Shown here piece by piece: positions 17,748 to 24,963 of a stretch of 40,478 nt of DNA. The notes under the pieces were generated by a model, which saw only the letters and a list, made by a program, of their open reading frames with translations, did no database searches and was not told the origin of the DNA. The position numbers and the translations under genes were made by a program. The stretch is from a virus. Its lineage: Duplodnaviria; Caudoviricetes. The stretch lies in the IMG/VR virus record IMGVR_UViG_3300025305_000044, positions 1 through 40,478 of that record, one strand, 5' to 3'. The stretch's first letter is position 1. The number at the start of each line of letters is the position of its first letter.

Positions 17748-18076
17748 GCAGAAATGTGCTAGACCAAGCTCTTGTAGTTAGTGGACACCATTCTATAAAT
17801 ATTGGAGCGTATACTCAGGATATGCTTGGACAGTTAGATGGTGACCAGAGGAGGTGTTTAGGACTATTGGAAGCCATAGATTTTGGATGCTTTGAACGAA
17901 CTTCAGCTAAAGACCCTAAAGGTATCTATTGCATAGACTTAGGAATTAATACTACAGAGGATGTAGAGCAGTATCTTATAAAGCATATGACAACAGTGAA
18001 TAGCTTACCTGTTGCTCCTTCTATGCTTGGCTTCTTCTCAGGAACCTTTGAGTTTTTATCTAACGGAGTTAAGTAA
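17732..18076 (+). CDS. Hypothetical protein
   Basis: AAGGAG SD. Confidence 0.6.
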   Translation: MATELSRNVLDQALVVSGHHSINIGAYTQDMLGQLDGDQRRCLGLLEAIDFGCFERTSAKDPKGIYCIDLGINTTEDVEQYLIKHMTTVNSLPVAPSMLGFFSGTFEFLSNGVK

Positions 18077-18519
18077 TGTCATTAAATTGGGATATAACAG
18101 CAGTACAAAATACTAAAGAATTATGTTGGTTTTCCTCTGAAGAGGAATCGGAAAAGGTAGAACTTCATCCTGTAACCCACACATTGATATGGGCTACAAT
18201 GCTTATAGGTTTCAATAAGATCACAGGAAAGAATTATAAAGACTTTTATCGTAGACTAATAGAGTTTGAAATTATTGTAGGGTATGGTATGCTTGATTAT
18301 TTTGTAGATGGGAAAAGGGAAAGTAGGATGCCTTTTCTACAGGAAGTACAAAATCATATAGGTTTATTGACTAATGCTACTGTAATGGATAATAGAAAAT
18401 GGACTAAAAATTTGGCTAGATTAGTTCATGAAAAGGCTGCCGATAGAATACGTTTTATGGCTGAACAAGAAACAGAGCAGACCAATGTAGAATCAGCCCT
18501 CTATAGGGTTGTTCTGTAA
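18076..18519 (+). CDS. Conserved phage hypothetical protein
   Basis: MSLNWD...LIWATM.IG..IT..N...FY.R...HIGL.TN pattern. Confidence 0.7.
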   Translation: MSLNWDITAVQNTKELCWFSSEEESEKVELHPVTHTLIWATMLIGFNKITGKNYKDFYRRLIEFEIIVGYGMLDYFVDGKRESRMPFLQEVQNHIGLLTNATVMDNRKWTKNLARLVHEKAADRIRFMAEQETEQTNVESALYRVVL

Positions 18520-18545
18520 GATGACAGTATAACTGCACTAGGGAT

Positions 18546-18574
18546 TTGACACCAACTTGTCGCCGTGGTAAACT
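18546..18574 (+). promoter_or_regulatory. sigma70-type early promoter
   Basis: GGGAT-TTGACA-17-TAAACT, TG. Confidence 0.8.
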
Positions 18575-18610
18575 TTAAGCAAGTCGGAAAACGAAGCAAA
18601 GGAGTGTACT

Positions 18611-18826
18611 ATGGTATCGAACAGCGACGTTATCCAAGCATGGCTCTCTGGGAGAGTCACCAAAGCTAGGCACTTATCTACTGATGGTTATAATCTTTAT
18701 TCCTATGCTCTGTTGATTGGACAGGGTAGGGAAGTATATGATTATACTAGTAGAGGGTTGGGGTTCACATCTCAAACAACTAGTTGCCATGTTGGATTAG
18801 CAAAGGTAGGTATATCTAATGGCTAA
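18611..18826 (+). CDS. Conserved phage hypothetical protein
   Basis: STDG..LYSY...SQTTS.HV pattern; AAGGAG SD. Confidence 0.7.
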   Translation: MVSNSDVIQAWLSGRVTKARHLSTDGYNLYSYALLIGQGREVYDYTSRGLGFTSQTTSCHVGLAKVGISNG

Positions 18827-19433
18827 AGCAGAGAATGTAGTCAAGGGTTCTTACCAGAATATAGTAGAGGCTTATAACAGGGCTTCAGCGGATAGTTTAG
18901 TTGAAGGGCAATACTGGTACACGGATGCTAATAACATAGCAATGCAAGTAAGTAAACTGCTAGGCACTGAAGATATACGAGTAGGTGCAGGTATCTTAGC
19001 AGCCTTATCGCCTCAGACAGATTGGGGAGATAATGTAGCTGAAGCATTGAAGTTTACTTCACTAGGCTACAGTACAAAGCAGACCAGTGCAAACAATGCA
19101 AAGGCTAAGAGGATTAGTGAAGGGGAAGACCCTGACACTGTATTGGGTGGAAACAAAGTTGTTCCTTTCTACCATGCAATAGTAGAGCCTTATGGAAACT
19201 ATCTACCTGTAGTAGACAGCCATGCTCAGACTATATATTATGGGAAGCCTGTTTCTAAGCGTGACAAAAGCAGAGCCTTTAGTAGTCCTAAAGTAATGAG
19301 AAGGATGCAGACTTCCTATAAACTAGCAAGCAAGAAACTTGGTGTACACTACAATGTAGTACAAGCAGTGACATGGGTACAGCATAGGAAAAATAAAGGC
19401 TATACTAAAGTGAGAGCATGGGAGGAACAATGA
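18819..19433 (+). CDS. Conserved phage protein, possibly HhH DNA-glycosylase-like fold
   Basis: WY, AALSPQ..W..N, KV..FY, VVDSHA, QAVTWV. Confidence 0.55.
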   Translation: MAKAENVVKGSYQNIVEAYNRASADSLVEGQYWYTDANNIAMQVSKLLGTEDIRVGAGILAALSPQTDWGDNVAEALKFTSLGYSTKQTSANNAKAKRISEGEDPDTVLGGNKVVPFYHAIVEPYGNYLPVVDSHAQTIYYGKPVSKRDKSRAFSSPKVMRRMQTSYKLASKKLGVHYNVVQAVTWVQHRKNKGYTKVRAWEEQ

Positions 19434-19651
19434 GTACTAAAGAAAGTATGTATAATCGACCTAGTTATGTATACGTTATGTATAACAAACTGCTGACACA
19501 TTCTGAATGTACTATAGAATTAGAGTCAACTATTCAGAGTAGTGCAATAGAGATTGCTAATTATGGCAATGGTGAAACTGTAGCTGTTGAGTGTGTGAAG
19601 TGTAATGAAGTAATTATAGACTTTGATAGACCTATCTACGGAGGAGAGTAA
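19430..19651 (+). CDS. Small zinc-binding protein
   Basis: GGAGG SD; YG...VAVECVKCNEVIIDF. Confidence 0.6.
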   Translation: MSTKESMYNRPSYVYVMYNKLLTHSECTIELESTIQSSAIEIANYGNGETVAVECVKCNEVIIDFDRPIYGGE

Positions 19652-19654
19652 CTA

Positions 19655-19864
19655 ATGGCAAGAGTACAGTATCAAGGATTACAGGAACTGTTCTCTCATG
19701 ATGAGAGAGAAGATGTAGAATTTGCAATACTAAATGCTTTACGGGAACAGGTAAATGTAACTACTACTGGTGATTTTGCTTATACGATTGATGTTTACTA
19801 TGATAGTGAGGAGAGTACAGCAGAATCAGAGATTACAGAAAAGAATCTTTCATGGTATCTGTAG
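19655..19864 (+). CDS. Acidic hypothetical protein
   Basis: GGAGGAG SD. Confidence 0.65.
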   Translation: MARVQYQGLQELFSHDEREDVEFAILNALREQVNVTTTGDFAYTIDVYYDSEESTAESEITEKNLSWYL

Positions 19865-19871
19865 TAGGGAT

Positions 19872-19900
19872 TTGCCAAGCGATTTGTTTTGTGTTATGCT
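19872..19900 (+). promoter_or_regulatory. sigma70-type early promoter
   Basis: GGGAT-TTGCCA-17-TATGCT, TG. Confidence 0.7.
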
Positions 19901-19925
19901 TTAGCTAAGTCGAAACAAGTGAGGT

Positions 19926-20252
19926 ATGAAAATGAGCATATCCGTATATACACAATACATGGAGAACTATGGGGAAGCGGAAGGTGCTAACTACTGGAAG
20001 TTTAAGTTTGGAAGCAAGTATGTAGTAGAGGGAACAGATGAAAGACCTGCCAATGCAGTAGCAACAGTAATGCACTACTTGGCAAGGTACAACACTAACC
20101 CTAACTATTCTATAGAGTATGTTCAAAGATGGGTTCATACTGCTGAGGAATATGGAGTAGACGATAATGATGATTTAGGACAGTACACTACACTACTGTA
20201 CAATCGTTACTTTGATGATTCAAATGGTGCAAAAGTATTAGTTCCTGTTTAG
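19926..20252 (+). CDS. Conserved phage protein (TQY.ENYG...YWKFK.G)
   Basis: Motif pattern; GAGGT SD; start may be 19932. Confidence 0.7.
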   Translation: MKMSISVYTQYMENYGEAEGANYWKFKFGSKYVVEGTDERPANAVATVMHYLARYNTNPNYSIEYVQRWVHTAEEYGVDDNDDLGQYTTLLYNRYFDDSNGAKVLVPV

Positions 20253-20262
20253 TGCAGGGGAT

Positions 20263-20292
20263 TTGACAATAGTTTCGTTTTCATGTTATACT
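20263..20292 (+). promoter_or_regulatory. sigma70-type early promoter
   Basis: GGGGAT-TTGACA-18-TATACT, TG. Confidence 0.8.
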
Positions 20293-20323
20293 TTTGAGGA
20301 AGTGAAAAAACGAAGGAGTTGTT

Positions 20324-20509
20324 ATGCTGTATGTGAATGGTAGTGATATTGATGAGGGGGAACTGCTAGAGTATTGGCATATGAGTAGAGCATTCAAAGT
20401 CAGTAGGTATGACAGAATGCTTTGGACAGCAGAGCGATACTCTAGTCGGTATTTTACAGTACCTAGTGTAAGAGTGTTCAAAGCATTGGATAGAGTCCTA
20501 CAAGTATAG
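20324..20509 (+). CDS. Hypothetical protein
   Basis: AAGGAG SD; single-gene unit between two promoters. Confidence 0.7.
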   Translation: MLYVNGSDIDEGELLEYWHMSRAFKVSRYDRMLWTAERYSSRYFTVPSVRVFKALDRVLQV

Positions 20510-20515
20510 AGGGAT

Positions 20516-20545
20516 TTGACACAAGTTTTGTTTTCGTGTTATACT
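20516..20545 (+). promoter_or_regulatory. sigma70-type early promoter
   Basis: GGGAT-TTGACA-18-TATACT, TG. Confidence 0.8.
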
Positions 20546-20586
20546 ATTTGAAGTGAGGAAAAACGAATCACCAAGGAGATACTGAT

Positions 20587-20673
20587 ATGTGTAACTCATG
20601 TGGGATGGCCTACTCCTTCTATTTCAGAATCCAATTCCATAAGCAAGACTGTCCTAGTCAGAAGGGGGGGTAA
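20587..20673 (+). CDS. 28-aa Cys/His peptide (not in ORF track)
   Basis: AAGGAG SD; MCNSCGMAYSFYFRIQFHKQDCPSQKGG. Confidence 0.5.
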   Translation: MCNSCGMAYSFYFRIQFHKQDCPSQKGG

Positions 20674-20825
20674 TGGTAAACATATACAATGACTCTACAG
20701 GTGGAATTGCTACAGCCAAGTACAATGCAAAGTCAGTACAGAAAGCGATTGATAGAGATAAGACTATAGGAAGCAAGGAAGCGAAACTTATTCATGCCCT
20801 ACTGAAGGGGTGGAGAAAAGAATGA
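20673..20825 (+). CDS. 50-aa protein (not in ORF track)
   Basis: TAATG coupling; YNAKSVQKAI...IGSKEAKLIHALLKG. Confidence 0.65.
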   Translation: MVNIYNDSTGGIATAKYNAKSVQKAIDRDKTIGSKEAKLIHALLKGWRKE

Positions 20826-20983
20826 TATCTGAACTGAAAGCATTCATAATAGAGTATCAAAAGTTCTATGACTTAGAGACTATAAAGGAAGCAAGGAAGT
20901 ACATTAGGAAAGACCTAAAGTATATAGATGAACAGGAAATCAGAAGGAAGAAGTTATATTATAATCAAGACAGGAAAGAGTAA
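20822..20983 (+). CDS. 53-aa protein (not in ORF track)
   Basis: ATGA overlap, GGAG SD. Confidence 0.5.
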   Translation: MISELKAFIIEYQKFYDLETIKEARKYIRKDLKYIDEQEIRRKKLYYNQDRKE

Positions 20984-21107
20984 TAGCAGAACAGAACAGA
21001 GTATAACAGTACAGTAGAAATAGCTACTAGAGATTTACAAAGATAAAAGAGTATAGTATATAACTATCACACACAGAGTAAGACAGTCTGTAAATGCTCT
21101 AGGAAAT

Positions 21108-21136
21108 TTGCTATTTGGTTTTAACGATGTTATACT
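21108..21136 (+). promoter_or_regulatory. sigma70-type early promoter
   Basis: TTGCTA-17-TATACT, TG, then AAGTCGAGAAAACG. Confidence 0.7.
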
Positions 21137-21178
21137 TTTGGCAAGTCGAGAAAACGCCAAGCATAGAAGGAGTACAAC

Positions 21179-21652
21179 ATGAGTAGCTTTTGGGATAACA
21201 TTCTCAAGTCTTACGAGACAGTAACAGATACTATAGTGGTGAATGGTTGCGCTGTCGTAATTACATCGGACTTCTGGGCGAGTATAGGATTAGGTGTAGA
21301 GACTAAGCCTGTAAAGCAGAGCAAGCCTAAGGCAGTGAAGAAGACTGCTAAGAAGAGCAAAGCAGTAGCACAGGCTGAGAGAGTATACGAGACTATAGAG
21401 GGATTGGTAGTACCTGCAGAAGACTGTACGCACTACTGGATAATACCTTCAGAGACTGCATGGGCTATAGGTGTATGCAAGAACTGTAGTGGAGAAAAGT
21501 GGTTCAGTAACAGATGGGATGAGCAGAGTATCTTCAATGCTACTCTAGTCCCACCCACAGTACAGACAGACTCTATTGCAGAGGACGCAGACATTCGAGA
21601 TATTACGACAGTCTACAATGCAACACAGGACAGTATAGAGGAGAGCGAATAA
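21179..21652 (+). CDS. Zinc-binding early protein (N-terminal FWDNI)
   Basis: AAGGAG SD; CTHYWII...CKNC. Confidence 0.7.
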   Translation: MSSFWDNILKSYETVTDTIVVNGCAVVITSDFWASIGLGVETKPVKQSKPKAVKKTAKKSKAVAQAERVYETIEGLVVPAEDCTHYWIIPSETAWAIGVCKNCSGEKWFSNRWDEQSIFNATLVPPTVQTDSIAEDADIRDITTVYNATQDSIEESE

Positions 21653-21859
21653 ATGAAACGCTATATAGTATCTGATAGACCTAGACTAGCACAGACAGGA
21701 GAGTATGTAAATATTGTGAGAAAGAGTAACAGAAAAGCAGTAAAGACTTGGAAGACAGTCTTGAAAGAGCATGTGAAGGGAAGAACCATAGCAGTACAGG
21801 AGAGAGCAATGCCTCTACCTGCAGAACTGATAAGGTGGGTACAGAGTATAACAGAGTAG
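21653..21859 (+). CDS. Small basic protein
   Basis: GAGGAG SD, abuts previous gene. Confidence 0.6.
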   Translation: MKRYIVSDRPRLAQTGEYVNIVRKSNRKAVKTWKTVLKEHVKGRTIAVQERAMPLPAELIRWVQSITE

Positions 21860-21957
21860 GCCAATACCCTACAGAATAATGCAATACACTGCATAGCTCT
21901 ACACTGTAGAGCATCACAGAGCAGGACAGACTCCCTGAGTTTGTTCCTGTTTTTTGT

Positions 21958-22107
21958 GACATGATAATTTTTTATCATGTCGAATAGGAACAAGGTCGGA
22001 AGCGGAAAGGATAGGAAAGGGAAAGGAAAAACAATCCCTATACTATAGGGCAGGGCAGATACCTGCAGTACTCTACAGAGTGTAGGGCAGAGTAGAGTTA
22101 TCATGTC
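21958..22107. repeat. Palindrome/polypurine intergenic block 1
   Basis: GACATGATAA-TTTT-TTATCATGTC, GGAA-rich tract, TTATCATGTC at 22098. Confidence 0.75.
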
Positions 22108-22157
22108 CCCATTTTTTTTATAGATTCTCTATAGAGTAGCTAGTGTTAGGCACAAAT

Positions 22158-22186
22158 TTGACAACAGTTGCGAACGGTGATAGTCT
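22158..22186 (+). promoter_or_regulatory. sigma70-type early promoter
   Basis: TTGACA-17-TAGTCT, TG. Confidence 0.7.
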
Positions 22187-22248
22187 GGTCATGTGCCAAG
22201 CGAGACGGCTCCGCTGAAACCGTACACTATAGTACAGGATGGTGACTA

Positions 22249-22479
22249 ATGGCTAATCAGCCCAAAAACCCAGCCGATAAGTATACAGTTGAGAATGGCG
22301 AAATTGTAATGCGCTTTCCGATACTGCCTACGCTCAGTAAGAAAGGGATTTCAATGCTTCTAGCTACTACTAGGGGTGCCGAAACCTTCACCTATGAAGG
22401 CATGGAGATAAAGGCCAATGTCAATCTCTATGTTCCTATTGAGGAATGGGAAGCTAAGGCCAAGAAATCCAAGAAATAG
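22249..22479 (+). CDS. Small beta-rich protein (LLATTxG family), paralogue of 23313-23513
   Basis: SKKGISMLLATTRG...NVNLYVP. Confidence 0.75.
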   Translation: MANQPKNPADKYTVENGEIVMRFPILPTLSKKGISMLLATTRGAETFTYEGMEIKANVNLYVPIEEWEAKAKKSKK

Positions 22480-22493
22480 GCTAGCTAGGAATC

Positions 22494-22525
22494 GGGCAGG
22501 TTTGGCACACCTGCCCTATTTCTTT
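22494..22525 (+). terminator. Intrinsic terminator ending rightward early transcription
   Basis: GGGCAGGT/ACCTGCCC then TATTTCTTT. Confidence 0.75.
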
Positions 22526-22536
22526 GCCCAAAATTA

Positions 22537-22666
22537 GACATGATAGCTTTTATATAGAGAGGGATATATTCTTATCATGTCTACCCTCCTCTCCCATAGA
22601 GGAAGGGAACAGGAAAGGAAGGAAGGGAATCAGGAATGGAAAGAGACTTGATAAGTTTATCAACTC
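22537..22666. repeat. Palindrome/polypurine intergenic block 2
   Basis: GACATGATAG...TTATCATGTC, GGAA tract, GACTTGATAAGTTTATCAACTC. Confidence 0.75.
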
Positions 22667-22685
22667 ACTTTTGTCAAGTGAGCGG

Positions 22686-22708
22686 TGGGCAGTTTTTCGA
22701 CCTGCCCA
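22686..22708 (-). terminator. Hairpin at end of leftward transcription
   Basis: TGGGCAG/CTGCCCA stem just 3' of ORF 22720-22989; no clear U-tract. Confidence 0.45.
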
Positions 22709-22719
22709 GGTCGCCAAAG

Positions 22720-22989
22720 CTACACCTCACTTTCTACAATTTCGACTGTAAGTAAGTCGCCATGATCGGATTCACAATACCAACCCAATTCCTCACGCAT
22801 AGCGGTAATAGAGAAACACGACAAACCCGAAATAAATTCTACCGCTTTGCGTACCGCATCCCAGTGACTATAGCGAATCCTATCAGAAGGGTATACAACG
22901 CTAGGAGAAGAATCATTCCACGTAATTTCCCGTACTTCGACTCGATACTTTCGATCACTAGGCACATAGGTAGGGGCGTAGGTAATCAT
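22720..22989 (-). CDS. Hypothetical early protein
   Basis: GGGAGG SD, own promoter. Confidence 0.7.
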   Translation of the reverse strand: MITYAPTYVPSDRKYRVEVREITWNDSSPSVVYPSDRIRYSHWDAVRKAVEFISGLSCFSITAMREELGWYCESDHGDLLTVEIVESEV

Positions 22990-23033
22990 TCGAGCCTCCC
23001 GATAGAGTGTTCAAGGTTTCCCTTGACTTCTCT

Positions 23034-23061
23034 ATAGTACCACATTTAGAGGTATTGTCAA
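23034..23061 (-). promoter_or_regulatory. sigma70-type early promoter (leftward)
   Basis: TTGACA-16-TACTAT with TG. Confidence 0.65.
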
Positions 23062-23070
23062 ATAAAACAG

Positions 23071-23174
23071 GACTTGATAATTACCATGTCTAAAAAAGAG
23101 GGGACACAAGGAAGGAACAGGGAATAGGGAATGGAAGGAACGGAAAGACTCTTATCAAATCTATTTATCAAATC
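23071..23174. repeat. Palindrome/polypurine intergenic block 3
   Basis: GACTTGATAATTACCATGTC, GGAA tract, TTATCAAATC x2. Confidence 0.7.
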
Positions 23175-23193
23175 GAAAAATGGCAAAACTAAA

Positions 23194-23221
23194 GAGCAGT
23201 TTAATGACTTGCTCAGGTCAT
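23194..23221 (-). ncRNA. Repeated H-type pseudoknot motif, copy 3
   Basis: Minus strand ATGAC-CTGAGCAA-GTCAT-TAAAC-TGCTC. Confidence 0.65.
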
Positions 23222-23312
23222 AGAATCGGGGGCGGCATATGCTAACTCCTATGCTTTGAATTTGGTGGGGTAGCTTTCGTAGTGTACCAAGCTACTTGCT
23301 ACCCCCTGTGCC

Positions 23313-23513
23313 TTAACCTTTCGCTACATGAGGAACGTAGACGTTCAAATTGACTTGAACGTTCTTGTCTTCATGAATGAATGACTCGGTTCCCGAGGTT
23401 GTGGCAAGCAACACAGACTTGCCGGATTTCGCGGGCCGAGGCGCAATCTTCTTGACGATAACCACAAAGCCATCTTCAATGTACATCGCTTCTCTGAGTG
23501 CCTTGTTAACCAT
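23313..23513 (-). CDS. Small beta-rich protein (LLATTxG family), paralogue of 22249-22479
   Basis: AKSGKSVLLATTSG...NLNVYVP; AAGGAG SD. Confidence 0.75.
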   Translation of the reverse strand: MVNKALREAMYIEDGFVVIVKKIAPRPAKSGKSVLLATTSGTESFIHEDKNVQVNLNVYVPHVAKG

Positions 23514-23573
23514 AATTCACACGCTCCTTATTCTAAATATTTTGTCGGGAGTGGTACTTCTCCCAACATCAAT

Positions 23574-23602
23574 ATAGTAGCACAGTCGTACCCCCTTGTC
23601 AA
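23574..23602 (-). promoter_or_regulatory. sigma70-type early promoter (leftward)
   Basis: TTGACA-17-TACTAT with TG. Confidence 0.75.
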
Positions 23603-23634
23603 ATTTATGACTATAGTGAAAACCAAAAAAACGG

Positions 23635-23757
23635 GAGTTGATAATTATTATGTCTAATATATAGAGAGAGCAGGAAAGGGAAAGGAAGGTGGAAGGAAAG
23701 GAACGTGGAAGGAAAGGAACGTGGAAGGAACGAGAGTTGATAATTCTATCAAGTCTA
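23635..23757. repeat. Palindrome/polypurine intergenic block 4
   Basis: GAGTTGATAATTATTATGTCTA, tandem GTGGAAGGAAAGGAAC, GAGTTGATAATTCTATCAAGTCTA. Confidence 0.75.
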
Positions 23758-23775
23758 GTTTTTTGTCAATCCCTT

Positions 23776-23803
23776 TGAGCAGTTTATACACTTGCTCAGG
23801 TGT
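23776..23803 (-). ncRNA. Repeated H-type pseudoknot motif, copy 4
   Basis: Minus strand ACAC-CTGAGCAA-GTGT-ATAAAC-TGCTCA. Confidence 0.65.
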
Positions 23804-23810
23804 TTTATGA

Positions 23811-24155
23811 CTAGCCTAGGTTTAACCTCGCTTGGTAAATGGTTTCGTACTGGGTGGCATCAGGCCAAATTTTGCTGTTAGCGGATGAGAAGTTTACCAC
23901 ATAATCCCAACACTTGGCACAAATTCCATTTCCTAATCCCTCAGCATATGAGCCACAAGTTTCGCAATTTCCGTTTGAATCCGAGATTTTATCTTTGGGT
24001 AGATTCCTGACTGATGCTTCAAATTCCGCCCTAATGATATCGTCCTGAGTCTTATCGACATTTCGATCTACTTGGTCAGCGCTATCGTTAGCTATTGCAC
24101 TTTTTCCTTCGACGACGTTAGCTCGCAGGAGGGTGATGTTATCCCAAAATCCCAT
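23811..24155 (-). CDS. Zinc-binding early protein (N-terminal FWDNI)
   Basis: Likely start MGFWDNI at 24155; CETC...CAKC. Confidence 0.65.
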   Translation of the reverse strand: MGFWDNITLLRANVVEGKSAIANDSADQVDRNVDKTQDDIIRAEFEASVRNLPKDKISDSNGNCETCGSYAEGLGNGICAKCWDYVVNFSSANSKIWPDATQYETIYQARLNLG

Positions 24156-24219
24156 TTTGTTCACTCTCAGCCTTTCGGCTGTCCTTTGTAATGTTAGAGG
24201 TGTCATCCCCTACACAAGG

Positions 24220-24247
24220 AGTATAGCAGAATGACATGTAGTGTCAA
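24220..24247 (-). promoter_or_regulatory. sigma70-type early promoter (leftward)
   Basis: TTGACA-16-TATACT with TG. Confidence 0.65.
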
Positions 24248-24268
24248 TAGCCTCTATGAAGATTTTGG

Positions 24269-24290
24269 GAGTTGATAATTATTATGTCTA
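24269..24290. repeat. Fifth copy of block boundary site
   Basis: GAGTTGATAATTATTATGTCTA identical to 23635-23656. Confidence 0.75.
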
Positions 24291-24494
24291 AATATATATA
24301 AATAAGTATATAAAATATTCTAACCGTTTCTGACTAGGTTATTTCATTTCAGTCTGTTAGTATACTCCAAACTATTAATCCTATTGATCCAATAAAGATT
24401 CCTGTTAATAATATTTCTACCATTTTATTTCACTCCAGCCCAGCTTTTAATACTATTTTTGTTATTTCTTTTACTAAATTTTCAGCTTTCATTA

Positions 24495-24683
24495 CTATTT
24501 CAAATCTCCACCGTAACGTATCAAAAAATATAGTTGTTTTAACCAATTTGGTTTTGCTGTATTTTTCGGGTTGCATATTGAATGATAAGCTATAAAATCT
24601 TCTGTTCCATTTGAATTAAAAACTCGTTTTAAAGTTATCGCCCAATTGTTTAATATTTCTTCATTACATTTATTACATTTCAT
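24495..24683 (-). CDS. Small zinc-binding protein
   Basis: MKCNKC...YHSIC; GGAG SD before 24683. Confidence 0.55.
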   Translation of the reverse strand: MKCNKCNEEILNNWAITLKRVFNSNGTEDFIAYHSICNPKNTAKPNWLKQLYFLIRYGGDLK

Positions 24684-24963
24684 TTTCAATGCTCCACATA
24701 CTATCAAGTTTTTCTGTATCAATTAGAATTAGCCTCTGTTTTAAATATCCTAAATGTTTACAATTACATTGCGCTACTTGTCCACATACACATGTATAAC
24801 AATCTTCTGTTTCTTGTACCTCTATAATTTTGTTATATTTTGTTTGTAAGATATTTAGTTGTTTTAATAGTTTAGTGTTTTCATTTTGTAAACTTTCTAT
24901 TTCATTAATTAAATAATATTTATATTGTTTTTTATCTGCCACATGGGTTTTCTGTTTCTTCAT
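24673..24963 (-). CDS. Hypothetical coiled-coil/Cys protein
   Basis: Overlapping minus-strand operon. Confidence 0.5.
   Translation of the reverse strand: MKKQKTHVADKKQYKYYLINEIESLQNENTKLLKQLNILQTKYNKIIEVQETEDCYTCVCGQVAQCNCKHLGYLKQRLILIDTEKLDSMWSIENEM

Noticed and set aside
21661-23037. ORFs 21661-22104(-), 21681-21962(-), 22524-22751(+), 22762-23037(+)
   Set aside because: They run through repeat blocks or antisense to genes that have their own promoter and SD
21958-24290. FNR, Fur or XerCD dif sites; integron attC sites
   Set aside because: TTGAT..ATCAA spacing is 6 not 4; the Fur-like 7-1-7 match holds for only some copies; half-site spacing varies, unlike dif; no attC core or integrase
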